From: Eledone cirrhosa | Taxonomy: Eukaryota | DNA length: 64,000 bases | Assembly: GCA_964016885.1 (NCBI GenBank) | Contig: OZ024743.1 | Location: 4,030,001 to 4,094,000 of the forward strand | Direction of reading: 5' to 3' | Shown: positions 1 through 13,265 of the stretch, in pieces | How the letters are laid out: the number at the start of each line of letters is the position of its first letter | Position numbering within the stretch: the first letter of the stretch is position 1 | Notes under the pieces: generated by a model | Told to the model about the DNA's origin: nothing | What the model saw: the letters and a program-made list of their open reading frames with translations, nothing else | The model's database searches: none | Program-made: the position numbers and the translations under genes

Positions 1-479
1 ACAAGAATATCAGCTCGATCATTCATCGCAAAACATGTAAGAATTAATTAATGAACATTGTGAGTGCCAATGAAATATAGCTTAATCTTGCTATGACACC
101 GTCATATAATATTGCCACACTATATGGCAGTTACATTTGGAATACAGATTAATATAATGCATGAACATTGGTGTGTTGAGTGGTAATAAATTATAAGACA
201 GTAATTTTATATAAGAGAGAAAGTTGCATGCTTGCATTGTGATGGAAAGTAGTATTAATATATTGCCAAATTAAAAGCGAGATATCATCTTATAATAATA
301 CTGCGGTATACTACCAAATTGTAATATGAATTTAAATAATATCGTCATAAAATATGATATAAAAATCGATTCAGTAAGAGGATACACACGTTTCTTGAAA
401 CGTCGCATTTTCATAGTTATTTAAAACTGCAATATATTAATGAAACATATTTCTCATAATTTCGAACATATATTGTAAA

Positions 480-2900
480 GTAAGAAAACAGTAAATGTAT
501 AAATGCATTCGTGCGTTTTATATCGAATGATAATAATGTTTGATTCGTTTGCAACCAAACAGCCTGTAACGCTATGTTTTTTAGATGAACATCGCCATCC
601 CTTTGTTCTAGCGGTGACAGAGAGAAACACAATCGACAATAATATTATTTCTGGGTTATTGCCCTTTGTCAATATTGTGTATCTCTCTTCTGTCACACAC
701 TAGAACACTTGAGACTATATAGAATATATATTATATTCTCTAAAGTATACAAAATAAATGAAGGGACTTTTCACCTTGCTTGGCTTCTAAAATTCAGTCT
801 CATCAGCTTTATAAATAACACGACTCTGATTAAAATCTTTTGTCTTTTTTGAACGGCACCACCTTGTACAAAAACATTCTTGTAGTCAAATAGGAACACC
901 TGACGCACTGCAGGCTACATCACATTGGTATATGGGGGCATCTTGTAGATCAAAACCCAGATGAGATGGAGCAAAACTGGCTTCATACTAAGAAAGAGCA
1001 CCCTAAAATTAACTAAAATCATCCCCTTATTATCTTCTACTAAAGAAACGTTTCTTCATTTCATAATTAAGTGTAGATTTACCCCTAAATTTCAATTTAA
1101 CTGTTGGAATTGACGGGTATTATCCAATCTATGAAATTTTCTATCGCTAGAAAACATGAATTCATTTTCCACTACGAAGTTGAATGTGCATACCACAAGT
1201 TTGTGGTCCACGTACTCAACTATCCTTGGTGATTAACCTAATGAGCAATGTTTCTGTATAGTCTACGTACAATACCTTGCAGGATATCCAAGTCCAACTT
1301 CGTGTATTTTGGAAATTTAGATGTTGCCTGCCATCTAATTAGCGACACCTAAACAAATTATCGAGCCTTTTATATATCTTACCTTTTTTTGACTCCCCTC
1401 AGTCAACTTTTCCGTACGTCTACGATGCTGTTCTAGTCGCATAATAACACTAATATGCAAACCTTTTCTTGTCAGGTCTCTACATATCAGTGCCGTGGCA
1501 GAAATGGCTACCAGTGATATTTAGAGACTTCACTGATCTCTTTTTGGGCCACCCTCTTCCTCTAGAGGTTTAGTAAAGTCATGCTTTCATCTGGGTCTAT
1601 GCCTTTCTGGATCATGACTGTCCTGCCACACAATCTGGATCGAAGGAAAGAGTTTAAATCTCGTTGATATTTCAAAGCGTGAACGAGTGCTTATCAGATA
1701 TTCTGGTGTTGCTGAAGGCTATTACATCTAGATTTAGTAAATTTAGATAGATGAGCAGGTGTTTCTGATTTAACTCTGATTTCAGAACACTTGTGTTTAT
1801 GTATCGTATGTGTAACTCCGATTCTAAGAAATGAAATGGTAGGAAAAGTCAGCTATCTGGTTGTAAGTATTGGCAAATCGAATGACTAAAAGTTTCCTGA
1901 ACCATCTGTGATTAGAAATATTTTATCAAAACTTTCATACGTCACCAGGAAAATGTTCAGCAGCCGGAGTAAATTACTGGTGCTGTTTGTTTCAGCGATA
2001 TGTCTATTTGTGTTTTTAGGATAAAGTCATTTAAATCCCCCATCTCTATTATGTTGATATTTGTTGACTAGATGATTGATTATTTCAATGCATAATAGTC
2101 TTCCTTTTCGTGAGACGTCTGGTTTCAAAGGTTTATATTTGTTGACTATGACTCTAGATTCCAGCTCTCTTACCCATCTTCCGTTCTTTCGACACCTCTA
2201 TTTTCTGCCATTTCTCCTAATAGCACATGTTACTCTTGTTATGGTCTTCATCTGAGGAACCGGGATGTCAAGCTTATATGTGTATGTCTGGATTTGTTAT
2301 TGTGTGAGTGTATGCATAAACATTGCTTTATTTCAGGGAACATTTCAACGTGTTCTCTTTTGTAGGTATATCTTGATGCTGTAACATTTGTGGTTTTGTT
2401 TTTCTATTGCATTGGTCGTTATCCCTGCAGCGGTGAACTGTGTCGGCTGTAGCTGGGGTTAAAATACTAGAAATAATGGGGACATTACTATAATGTTATC
2501 TGTTCTCCTTCAAGCGTAGAAGTTAAGCTTATTGCCTTCAACCCACATTTGTTCGCATTTCCAGAGGTTGGCACATTCGGAAATGTCACCAAGATTTTCG
2601 AATGAAACTAAAACATGAGACCTAATCAATAGTCACTTCCGAAATTATTGAAACTTAGATTATATTGACACCACTTTCCTGTACTTTTCAAGCATTGCCA
2701 TTTCACTTGTTTAGTCTATATGTGTAAATAGGCTAGATGCTGTCACTTCGATGTCCGTCCTCCCATATACAGATGTATTATTATATATTCTTAGGCTTGC
2801 AGGTTTTATTGGAAATTCTGTGAGTTTCCTGCTCTTTGGGTCAAATGGTTATCATATGTCAATGCTTTTTCTCCTTTACTAAATAGCTTAAAGTAGTAAA
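480..2900 (-). mobile_element. Highly decayed Penelope-like element remnant (RT/GIY-YIG traces plus terminal repeat)
   Basis: Only broken motifs are visible on the minus strand: an SSLFT-like RT motif (~2720-2750), an RLEQHRR GIY-YIG-like piece (~1410-1490), and a degenerate hammerhead core CTGATGA...GAAA.GTC at 761-810. Region 480-600 resembles the direct repeats at 16297-16429. Boundaries are approximate. Confidence 0.3.
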
Positions 2901-3563
2901 TGACACTTTTCAGTATATCTCAACCTATAATGGTGTGGGGAAATCTATTATTCGAATTTTCCATTTAATACAGTTGTATTTGGCTGTTATTCTCCTGCAG
3001 TCGGTAAAAGTAAACACATCTCCGTTGCAATTATCCTGACAAAGTATAATTTTATCCCTCCCTCGTACCAGCCGCTGAGTCTATTAAATAACTAAACTAT
3101 ACATAATGAAATATATTAACAAATGAACAGAGAAAATTACTCAGACTTGTTAAGTTATATATTAATAGTAATATGTGTGTTAGTATAGTAAAATGATTGT
3201 AAACGACAAATGAGTGCTGTTTTAAGCTAAACAACTTGGAAAAATAACCAGAAAAGTTTGTTGCACGAAAACGTTAAAGTTTATGAAGAAAGATATGAAA
3301 TTTCATTTAATTTAATCTATACACATAATGAGTAAAATATGTTTGGAAATTATTTGTGGCGGAGATATGCTCGGAGAAACAACTCTGACATCGTAGTTAA
3401 TTAATATTAATTATCATAAATATGATCTGTAGTACTGAGTGTTCTCTTCCATGCTATAGGGAAATTATTTATCAATAATTGATTATGGAAGCATTATATG
3501 ATGCAGTTACAACTTGTAAAGATGAGATTGCAGGAGTCTCTCTAGCACCTTACCATTATCATC

Positions 3564-3760
3564 ATGGCGGATTGGCAGTATCGGTAGAGGGTCGGACAAC
3601 ATACTTTGCAGCATGGAGTTACGGCCCTTTATGGTCTGAGTTCAAATCCCACCGAGGTTAACTTTGCCTTTCACCCTTACGGGGTCGATAATATGAAGTA
3701 CCAGTAATGTACTGGGATAATTGCTGGCCTTGTGCCAAAAGTAGAAACAATTATTATTAT
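3564..3760 (+). mobile_element. tRNA-derived SINE (abundant local family, 'SINE-1')
   Basis: A box TGGCAGTATCGG, B box GAGTTCAAATCC, body AACTTTGCCTTTCA.CCTTACGGGGTCGATAA...GTACCAG, and 3' end GGCCTTGTGCCAAAAGTAGAAACAATTATTATT. More than 10 copies or fragments occur in the window. Confidence 0.85.
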
Positions 3761-4455
3761 CACCATGTTTATGAAAGGTATTTCACCAGGATCTTATAGT
3801 TATCATAATCATTAATCGCTTTACCATGATTATCTCTGTCTACATTTTCGGAGCAGCTAAAATAAACTCTGGTTTTTCTTTGTAAATGATTCCTGTAAAA
3901 CATAGCAAACATAGCTATTCGTCAAATCTAGACTTGCTAACTAACGTTTATTACAATACCATTTCGGTCATTATTATAGGAATCTTTAATCCATTTTTTC
4001 TAAAGTTTTCTCTATTTTTTCTTTTTTTAGTTTTTTGCTTTCATTTACTTGTTTTCTTTGTATTTCTCAAATTCCCCATCCAACAGAAATTCACGATGAT
4101 ATTGACATGAGCCAATGGCATTTAGATAAGCTAATGGAATATAATATAAACTTACATTAAAAATCACTTAGTTACGTTCAATCTCATTAGAGAAATTGTA
4201 AATATCTATTTATTCCTACGTAGTTATTTCGTATACTAACAATAGAAAACATCATTTAGTTATGCCTTCAACTATTTTCTGCCATAATATTTATGCCATA
4301 ATATTTATACCTTTCTTTTAATAAGATTATTGATGGAAAATATATAGAGCTTCTTGGAATGTGATTTAAGGTACTAAACTTAAAAAATCTATCAGTCGTA
4401 ACCTCAAAATGTTTTCTATTCATATTGTTTATAACACCAGTAATGCACTTTGTTC

Positions 4456-5002
4456 AAATGAATAGCAAGCCGCTACCTGCAGCCTCAGATATTCAGGACG
4501 TATCGGAGGGTTATTGCTGTTCCCAGCAAGCATGCCTTTTGAAGTGTTCCAAAAAGCGGGGCTGGACTAATCTTCTTTAACCATCCTTGGAAACTGTTTT
4601 AGATAGTACCTAGTGCGCCTATGATAATCGGGACGACCTTGAATTCATGGCAGTTCCAAATCCTTTTTAACTCCCACTTTAAATCCTGGTATCGGGCATT
4701 TTTCACCCTCTCCTTTTCTTGCACTCTCGTGTCGAATGGGCATCTACAATCAGGCACGATCTTTTTTCCTTGTCCCAAACCACCAGGTCAGCCCTATTGT
4801 GTTCTAATTTATTGTCTGTCTGTATCCTAAAATTCCACAGCACCTTCACCTGATCGTTTTCCATCATACCACTTCTCAGAATGTGGTAAATTGTTTACTT
4901 TGCATAGATGCCAGTGGATCACCCTGCCCATCACATCATGTGTCCAGCCTTTATAGTGAGTCTGGGCTAGGTGTTTACACTCGGATACAATGTGAGCCAC
5001 AG

Positions 5003-5083
<81 letters not shown>

Positions 5084-5598
5084 CAGATCCTACACAGTGG
5101 GCTAGCCTCCTCCTTGTCAATATTGTGTTTCACTCACTTCGTTCTGAGAGCTTGCTCTTGCACAGTCATTAGCATTCCTTCTGTAGCTTTTTTAAGGTCT
5201 CCTCTTTTTAACCAGTTCCATGTCTGTGGATCTCTAAATTCCGTTTTCTTAAAGAAGGTGCTATTAAGGGATTTTTCATGAAGTTTGCTCTTTCTCCTTG
5301 TTGTTATTTCCTCCTTGGACATCCCCTGGTCTTCTCCTTCAGTACAATTTTGAGCACTTCCTCCCTATTGTCAGTCACATATTTGTGCAAGTTTTTTTTC
5401 TCCATTTGAACACAGTCCTCTATGCTGATAAACCTCTTCCACCTTCAGATCTCTTTAAGTAGAGTCTATCGACATCACTCCTCTTGTAGAACATGTTGTA
5501 GATAGTCAATAGCTTCCTAGTCTTCCTATCCTTTTCTTTTTGTTCAGCAACATTCCATTTCAGAATTCCCGCACTGTATCTAATAATAGACACAGCTC
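4456..5598 (-). mobile_element. 5'-truncated, decayed R4/Dong-like RLE retrotransposon (Dong family B)
   Basis: Reverse complement matches 41157-42250 (KTEFRDPQTWNWLKRGDLKK, ETVAHIVSEC, RYVLNI end). An internal (CT)n expansion lies at ~5003-5081. Confidence 0.9.
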
Positions 5599-5599
5599 T

Positions 5600-7213
5600 G
5601 AACTAGGATGCGGACTAGGATGCGGAAGATCCGTGTCAGCTTATGCGGACGATATCACCGCTGGTGTCGAACGCCAAACACATCGATCGATCGACATTAC
5701 ACTAAAAGAATACGAAGCGGTGACAGGAGGAATGATCCACCAGGAAAAGTCAGTGGGCCTGCAGCTCGGCACCTGGAGAGGCAGGTCCATGCCGTCCAAC
5801 AGCGTCGTCGGGCGCCGGACGGACCTGACCTCCAGACGGACAAAAACTGGGACGAGGTAACGAGCAGGGTGGCTTCTCTCACCCAGAAATGGGCAGAGAG
5901 GAAGCTATCCCTGAAAGGTCGAGCGGAGGTGGCTAACGCGTACATCGCGTCCGTCATTTGCTACCGTCTGACCGTCGTACCTTGTCCTAAGCCCCACCTG
6001 ACTGCGCTGGAGCGTTTGCTCTTTCGCTTTTTGTGGAAGGGGCGCGCTCCGATGGTCAGGCGGTTCATCTGTTGTCAACACCCGCTACGTGGAGGGCTGG
6101 GCATGCTGTGGCTGATGATGCGCAGACACGCGCTCAGGCTACGACATCTCCACCTCTTCCTCGACGGTGATCAGGTGTGGTCGCCGTTTGCTAGACGCGT
6201 TTTTCCCCAGCTCGTCTCCTTGGCAGAGCTGCAGTCCTGGGTCAAGCGAAGACCGAGAGAGAGCGCTTGGAGACTGGAATGTTTTCAGGCGCTCACAGCC
6301 CTCGACCAATCGGGCAATGTGATCGGTGGAAACTCCACTTCGGCGTTCTATAGAGGATTAGTGGAGGGGAAGAGCGACGACGTACTTGGAGAAACTCTAG
6401 GTGTCGACGAAAATCAACTAGCCAATCTCTTCGGAAGAACTTTCGAGCCGGGGCCTATGGACAACTTCCATAAATCCCTGGCCTGGCAGTGCTACCGAGG
6501 AGCTTTGCCAGTTCGGGATAAACTCTACAGTAATGGAAGTGCCGTCAGCAGGGCATGTCCGAGATGTGCGCAGGGCGACGAAACCGTCCTGCATGCACTC
6601 GTCCAGTGTCCGAGCATTGCTAACTTGTGGGTTTATGTCGGACACCTGCTGTCGCGTGTAGAACGGATCCGGCTATCAACTGAGTCCATCGTGACGATTG
6701 CCCCGCCCTCCTCCTTTATCCGGGAAGGGCAGGCAGTTTTTATCTGTCTGGTGGCCATGGCGAAAGAGATAGTATGGTGGACACGTCTGAAAGGGCTGAA
6801 GACGAGCACTTTCCTCTTCGGTGATGCCCTGATTAACTTTTTCAAATTTCATTTGAAAAGGAAAATCAGGGTAGAGAGGGAAGTGCGCTCTTCCCAGCTT
6901 TTTGTTGAAAGATGGGTGAGAGAGGCAAGCATGGCCCGAGTGAAGGGGCCTACTCTGAGTATATGCCTGTAAACTGAAGGTGGAAAACTGGGAGAGGGCA
7001 CCGTGGATTTTTTTAATGGGCTTTCTCCACGATGGCCCTCGGAAGTCTCCCCCCTATTGGGGAATTTTTCATTGTTCTTTTTTTGTTACATCCTGTTTGG
7101 GGGTGTTTTTTTACACGCAGAAATGCCCATATGTACCGTCCTGTATTATCCTGTACTGTCCTCAATGTCTACTTTGTGTAAACCCTTATGGTTAATAAAG
7201 AAAGCATTATTAT
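5600..7213 (+). mobile_element. 5'-truncated Tx1/L1-clade retrotransposon (family A, 3' part of ORF2 plus 3'UTR)
   Basis: ORFs 5540-5860 (YADD) and 5608-6972 (CPRC...ETVLHALVQC) are near-identical to ORF2 at 45138-48556. The copy ends AATAAAGAAAGCA(TTA)n. Confidence 0.95.
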
Positions 7214-7729
7214 TATCATCATTGATCAGCGTCAACATTCACCCTCACGGGGTGGATAAGACGAAGTAGTAGACATGCATTGAGGTCAATTTAATCGACA
7301 TTCTATCTCTCTTCAAATTGCCGTCTCGTCATAGTAGTCAACAAAGTCAATAAAAAACATTGGCGAAACAGACAATTATGACAAGAATGAAGAAACAACA
7401 ACGGAAACAACGAAAATCAAGCAGAAAAATATGGCTGTAGAATTTTATGTAAAATTGATTTAAAAAATAGAATTTGCTTGAAAAGGATGGAAATAGGCAA
7501 ATTAAAATCACAGCGGTTGTTGGGTAGGATTCTTGATTGAAAACATCAACTTAATTTACTTCAGAATATATAGATGTTGGCAAGAAACAATTAACGACAC
7601 ATAAATCTTAGTTAAGAAAGAAGATACTTATAAACACGAAAAGTGTATATTTTTGTACATTTGAAATCATGCGAGAATTACGAAATATCAAAAGTAAGTG
7701 GTGGTATAAAATATATGAAATAATGGTGG

Positions 7730-8358
7730 ATCATAAATGATGATACACCAATGCACAGAGACAGGACTATCAAGGCGTATCGGCGGATATTGTTCTCAAT
7801 GTCACAACAAATGGACATTAGTCTTAATCGAAGAATCACTCCCAAGAAATGATAATACAACACTAAATGAATTAAAAAAAAGTATCCGAATATAAATGTT
7901 TGGAAATGGATATAAATAAAATATGGATAATTAAAATAAAAACTGCTCACTAGTGGGAAAAGCATCACCCTAAGGCTGTAACTGGGGAAGAAAACGTAAC
8001 GATCTTTTGGATCTTTCCTGTACATACAGACAGAACTATCAAAGCTAGCAGACCGGATATTATTGTAAACTACCAAAATAACAAATGATGTTAGTTGATG
8101 ATATGAGCATTCCATGCGATCACAATATTGCGGCAACATAATTTGACAAGTTCTGAAAATATAAAGATTTGATGATTGAAATTGAAAGACATTTAACATC
8201 TCAAGGTGGTTACAATGATTGCAGGAACACGCGGAACGATCAAAGAAGGAACAGAACATTATTTGAGAATGATCCCTGGCTTACCATCACTGCCAGAAGT
8301 GCAAAGAATTATTTTAACTGGTGCGGTACACGTATTGAGAAGAGCACTATCACTGTGA
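7730..8358 (+). mobile_element. Old decayed RLE (R4/Dong-like) endonuclease fragments
   Basis: Broken frames read TDRTIKASRPDIIV ... IPGLPSLPEVQRIILTGAVHVLRRALSL*, homologous to the Dong C-terminus at 57500-57845. Confidence 0.7.
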
Positions 8359-9013
8359 GAAATATAATAATTCATGTAATCTTATAAATATATATGGCAG
8401 TATGTAAGTTTGTATGTTATATACATACGTATATAAACAAACAGATATATCTAATTATAAACCTTGGGGTAAATTGTAATGAAAATATGTATAACATTGA
8501 TGATGAGAATCATGAATATAATAACAATGAAGTTGGTGTAGCCAAAGAGGACAATGTAAGGGTGGAAAAATCATACCAGATGATGAGCAGCATCAACAAA
8601 AAACAGAAGAATGTTAAAAATAATAAACCAGACACGAACAACCGAAGAAAATAATGTTTAAGTAAAAAGAAGTGACGTAAAAGGAAAGAGGATTTAAATT
8701 TTCGATGAATTTTCGTTTAGATTATTAAATACCATTTTTTCTATAATTACTAGTATTTGACTATTCTCTGCGGTCAGGTTTTCTGCTATTTCCTTTGATG
8801 ATACTTCAAAGAGATTTTCAAAAGATTGGGAAAATGAGGACAGGAATATAATGATTTTACTTGAGATTTTCTTGGCTATTTCAAGGGCTGAGGAAGACAG
8901 TACGGATAATTGCAAATAACAAAGTAATATACGTGCACTTCAAACAGATACTATTGGAAACGATCGTTGGAATAAGTAGTTGAGATAGACAACCTTCTTC
9001 AAGTTTAATAATG

Positions 9014-9014
9014 T

Positions 9015-9071
<57 letters not shown>

Positions 9072-9099
9072 AGAGTAGTAGTAGTAGTAGTAAGAATAG

Positions 9100-9162
<63 letters not shown>
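9014..9162. repeat. (TAG)n plus (TA)n compound microsatellite
   Basis: Seen directly in the sequence. Confidence 0.95.
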
Positions 9163-9163
<1 letters not shown>

Positions 9164-9165
<2 letters not shown>

Positions 9166-9414
9166 GAGACACGTGGCCAAGTGGTAAGGGTGTTGGACTT
9201 ACGATCATAATATCATGGGTTCGATTCCTGGGCTGCGTGTTGTGTTCCTGAGCAAAACACATCATTTCTCAGCTGAAAATGAGTACCAGCAATAGCTGGG
9301 GGTTTAACCATGCGATGGACTGGCGTCCTGTCCAGGGGAAGTCTTGTACTCTCAGTCGCTTCACGCCATGAAACCGGGATAATCACCGGCCAAATGAGCC
9401 TTCTGGCTTAAGAC

Positions 9415-9420
<6 letters not shown>
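9164..9420 (+). mobile_element. tRNA-derived CORE/V-type SINE
   Basis: A box TGGCCAAGTGG, B box GGTTCGATTCC, CORE-like GTTGTGTTCCTGAGCAAAACAC...AAAATGAGTACC, and V-domain-like TGCGATGGACTGGCGTCCTGTCCAGGG. Flanked by (TA)n on both sides. Confidence 0.8.
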
Positions 9421-9455
<35 letters not shown>

Positions 9456-9544
9456 AAGGTATATATTGAGTTAGAAACTCAAAATAGTCTCTTACAATTA
9501 AATAGCTCAAAGAAAGAGGCTTTTCTGAGCCGTGTAATATAACT

Positions 9545-9858
9545 GAATATAAAAGAAAGATGAACACAGATATAAACATACATGCATTCAAATCGTAAGG
9601 GACCAAGTTATCTAGGTTGAAAAAATATATTAACTATTAACTATAAAATTGCGAAACAGCCAACCAAAGCTGTCTGGGTGTTCCGGGAGTTGCTCTATAT
9701 AGGTTTGCTTTTCTTTTTCTTGATTTATTATTTTAAATTGAGTCTGGAAAACCATATAGTTAATAGTTAGTATTTGTTCAACCTAGCTAACTTAGTCCCT
9801 TACGATTTGAACGCATGTATGTTTATATCTGTGTTCATCTCTCTTTTATATACAATTA
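9545..9858. mobile_element. Penelope-type terminal-repeat fragment with inverted duplication and the 3' half of a hammerhead
   Basis: Inverted repeats of ~100 bp (9545-9645 and 9755-9855). The spacer begins with GAAACAGC-caaccaaa-GCTGTC (hammerhead stem III plus GUC) at ~9653-9674. Confidence 0.55.
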
Positions 9859-9879
9859 TATATATATATATATATAAGA

Positions 9880-10800
9880 GAGTATTGAAGTTTGCTTGAA
9901 GCATTGTGGAATAATAAGGTAGATTTCTTTAAGTCGTTTGGAAGCCTCGACAATGCAGATGGGTAAATCTCCGGGTAACAAGATCCGGTGGAGGAGAGAG
10001 AGATGTAAGTGGGAGTACGTTGAGATGCGTGGTGTGTATAAGACTGTAACGTGTAGAGAATGAAGGAAAGAGCGTAAAGGATAAAAATAAAAATAACAAC
10101 ACGAGAAAGAGTTACCTTGGGAGAGATTTAATTGTCCCTATACATTTCGGATCACATCCATCAACTCAGGTTTTTCCGTGTGGGGGGGGGGGGGGGGGGG
10201 GGGGGAGGTTGTCTGTGGGAAAGGTGCGAAACGTGTCCTCCGCTGTTCGTTGTTTTGAATATCTGAGGTATGCAGCAGAGCGCGCGTGCGCGTGAAATGC
10301 GGGTCGGTCTGGCAGAGGTCAGCGGCCGAAGTAGTTCTTTCAATTGTGGGAGTGGGGTGGCGCTAGCTGTCAGTCCATTCTCTGCCTGTTTGGTGAATGT
10401 TACTGTGTGTGTGTATGTGCGTGTGTTGTTGTCTCGTTTGAGTGTGTGTGTGTGCGTGTGTTGTTGCCTTGTTCCTCTGTATTGGCAGTGTAGTATATTC
10501 GTATGGTGGAATGCTACTGTGTTTGTGTCTGTGCGTGTGTTGCTATCTCGCTTGTGTGTGTGTGTGCGTGTATTGCTGCATCGTTTGTTAACTTAAAACA
10601 ATCCCCCCATTTCGCTTCTCTCGGATCGGTTGTTTAGTTGTGGCCCTAGGCGTTTGATCCAAAGTACTTCCTTTATACGTAACGTGCCGACGTTTCTTTC
10701 TGTCGCTAGAATTGTGACAATGGGCCTTCCGTCTTTTTTTCCGCATTTGGTTATGTGTTTCCGGAAAGACGAGGCCCTGGTTTTACTGTGTTCCTTGATA
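9880..10800 (-). mobile_element. Penelope-like element 3' fragment (GIY-YIG C-terminus plus pLTR)
   Basis: ORF 10593-10835 reads IKEH...SFRKH...C...ILATE...LRIKEVLWIKRLGPQLNNRSE, a typical PLE GIY-YIG tail. A degenerate minimal hammerhead (GGAT-gtg-ATCC GAAA) lies at ~10137-10172. Confidence 0.75.
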
Positions 10801-10818
10801 CACACCCCCCCCCCCCCC

Positions 10819-10870
<52 letters not shown>

Positions 10871-11022
10871 CATCAGTAAATGGAATTAACGGGAGAGTGC
10901 ATGTTTAAATGTGTTGTTGAACATCTTTCTGTTTTTATCGTGTAAATTATAGCATTTACACGAAACATTCCTGATCACCTAATTTAATTTTAATATTAAC
11001 TATTGGCTAATTTTTTTTCCAG

Positions 11023-11163
11023 CTTGCAGAACAACCCTTGTTAGAGGCGATAAAGATTACTCTGGGAGACCGCTATACCGACAATATGGACATTATTTAT
11101 AAACTGGTTATTAGGTTTATGTTAACAGAAATAACGAAAGCTTGTAGGAATGATTTGTCCTGA
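11023..11163 (+). CDS. Terminal coding exon of a globin (G and H helices; resembles invertebrate globin X-like/neuroglobin-like proteins)
   Basis: Branch point CTAAT and TTTTTTTTCCAG acceptor precede a phase-0 exon LAEQPLLEAIKITLGDRYTDNMDIIYKLVIRFMLTEITKACRNDLS*. The E.P.LEA...TLGDRYT.N...IY pattern and the phase-0 intron fit the conserved globin G7.0 intron. Upstream exons were not found in the window. Confidence 0.8.
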   Translation, partial: LAEQPLLEAIKITLGDRYTDNMDIIYKLVIRFMLTEITKACRNDLS

Positions 11164-11320
11164 TGCCAGGTTTGTGTGAAATTATTGTGTGGTATGCCAA
11201 ACCAAATTCTCTCAAGCCAAGTATCAGGTTGTATAGTTGTGATCTAGTGGCCTAGATATCATCGTCAGAAGAAGAAAGAATGCGCCCCGCCTCACCCCAT
11301 ACAAAAGAAATTAAAGCACA

Positions 11321-11347
11321 AATAAAATTCCATAAAAAACGAATAAA
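11321..11347 (+). terminator. Candidate polyadenylation signals of the globin gene
   Basis: AATAAA at 11321 and 11342, ~160-180 nt after the stop. The background is AT-rich, so the true 3' end may lie further on. Confidence 0.35.
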
Positions 11348-13095
11348 AAACCTACAAAAAAAAAATGATTTTAAAACATGCCAGTTTATAAGTCCAGCAA
11401 ACGAAAACTGAATCAAATTGAATCATCAGTTTTAATTGGATACCGTAATTTTTATTGTTACTATTTTTCCTTCAAATTTCCACTTAACTAAAATGAGCTG
11501 AGGCGGAAACAAACGGTAGGACTCTATTGAATAATGTTCTCAAGAAAAAAAAGCTGAATGCATTATAATGTATAATCAGCTGGATAACTACCGTTGATAG
11601 CTGGGTTTTATTTTGTTTTGGTTGTATTTTTACTATTGTTTTCTTCTTTTAATAAGAGCCTAAGGCCAGATTTATTATCTTATTTTGACACAAACTGTTG
11701 ATTATTATTGTTATTATTTGTAAATCTATTTTATTTTTAAATTCTATCTTTTTTGTTGTATTATTTCATTTCGATCACTTTGCGTCTCTCCGTCTCTCTT
11801 ATTTCCTCTCATCTTTCCTTTTTTATGTCCTTTCTCTCTGTGAATGAAACATTATTCTTGTTCACTTTCAAACTGTTTTGTAAATCATGCAGGAAAATAA
11901 ATGTTTCAGTGATAATTTGTTATTCTTTTATTATATAATTGTTGCGGTGTTTTCACAAAACTTGTACAGTTTAATGTGTTATAATTCTTGAAAGAAAAAG
12001 AAATGAATAATCGAAAACTATTTCAGAAGAAAAGAACTAATCTTCAAAGTGTATGAACGCATATATGAATTTCATGTTAGTTTTATGACTTCCACAGTGA
12101 TTCGCAGAAACAAAACTTCCTTAACCAACCAAGTTATGAGATAATTTAAATAATATTAATTGCGTTGTATTTGTTTCCAGACTGGAGGCTGAACAATCGA
12201 CTAAATCATATCAAGGTTTTATTTTGATCAACCTCTAAAAAACAAAATCACATTTGCTTGCATTTATATGTAAAAACACTAACTAAATAACATAAGAAAT
12301 TTCCACGTTACCTAATAACAAAAGTTTCAGAGATATGGGGAACTGGAAATTGAACATCATCTGAATTGAAAATCAGGGTGCAAAGGTACGTAATAAAGTG
12401 TTACAAACCTATCTCCATACGATAAAAATAGCTTCTAACATTGATGAAAAGACATAAATTTTAGGGAGGATCTATTTGAATCAGTCGGCCGCATTATTTT
12501 CACTGGTAAATATTATATCTATCTCGCATAGATGAAAACAAATGTTGACTCCAGTGGAATTTAAACATCACTAATTACTGCAAACATTTAGTCTGGCGCT
12601 TTGCTTATTCTACTGTCTACCGCCTTAAGGAGTTAAACATTTCTATTAATTCCTAAAGGCACTGCAATATTCTTGGCGAGCTGTATTGCTTACCTAAAAT
12701 TTATTTTAAGTTGTTGAAATTGAACCTTGGTTATCATTTTGCTTCAATTCATAAAAACGTCTAATTACCCGTTCCTGCATTATTCCAAGTCAAACTAAAC
12801 CAACTACGGTAATAGGTTTTATGTTTTAGGATTGAAGTAATCATTGCTGGGCCCCGTGTGTAACCTTGCACCAATTTATGATTATATATATTTTACTTCT
12901 ATATGAAAATCACATGATTTCTCAAATAATATTATCTACATATGAAGCTTACTGTCTACACAATATATTGTTATTTCCATGCTTTAAGTTTCATGTTTAT
13001 ACATTTTAAGCCGCGTTGGCAGAATAATTACAATGTTTTTCTTATCTGATGTCATACGTTTTACAACTTAATTGAAAATATTATTTTTTATCCAG

Positions 13096-13265
13096 CACGG
13101 TGGATTGGCAGTATCGGTAGAGAGTCGGACACCATGCTTTATGATCTGAGTCCAAATCCCACCGAGGTTAACTTTGCCTTTCATCCTTACGGGGTCGATA
13201 AAATAAAGTACCAGTAATGTACTGTGTAATTGCTGGCCTTGTGCCTAAAAATAGAAACAATTATT
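13096..13265 (+). mobile_element. SINE-1 copy
   Basis: Same A box, body and GGCCTTGTGCC...GAAACAATTATT tail as 3564-3760. Confidence 0.85.
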
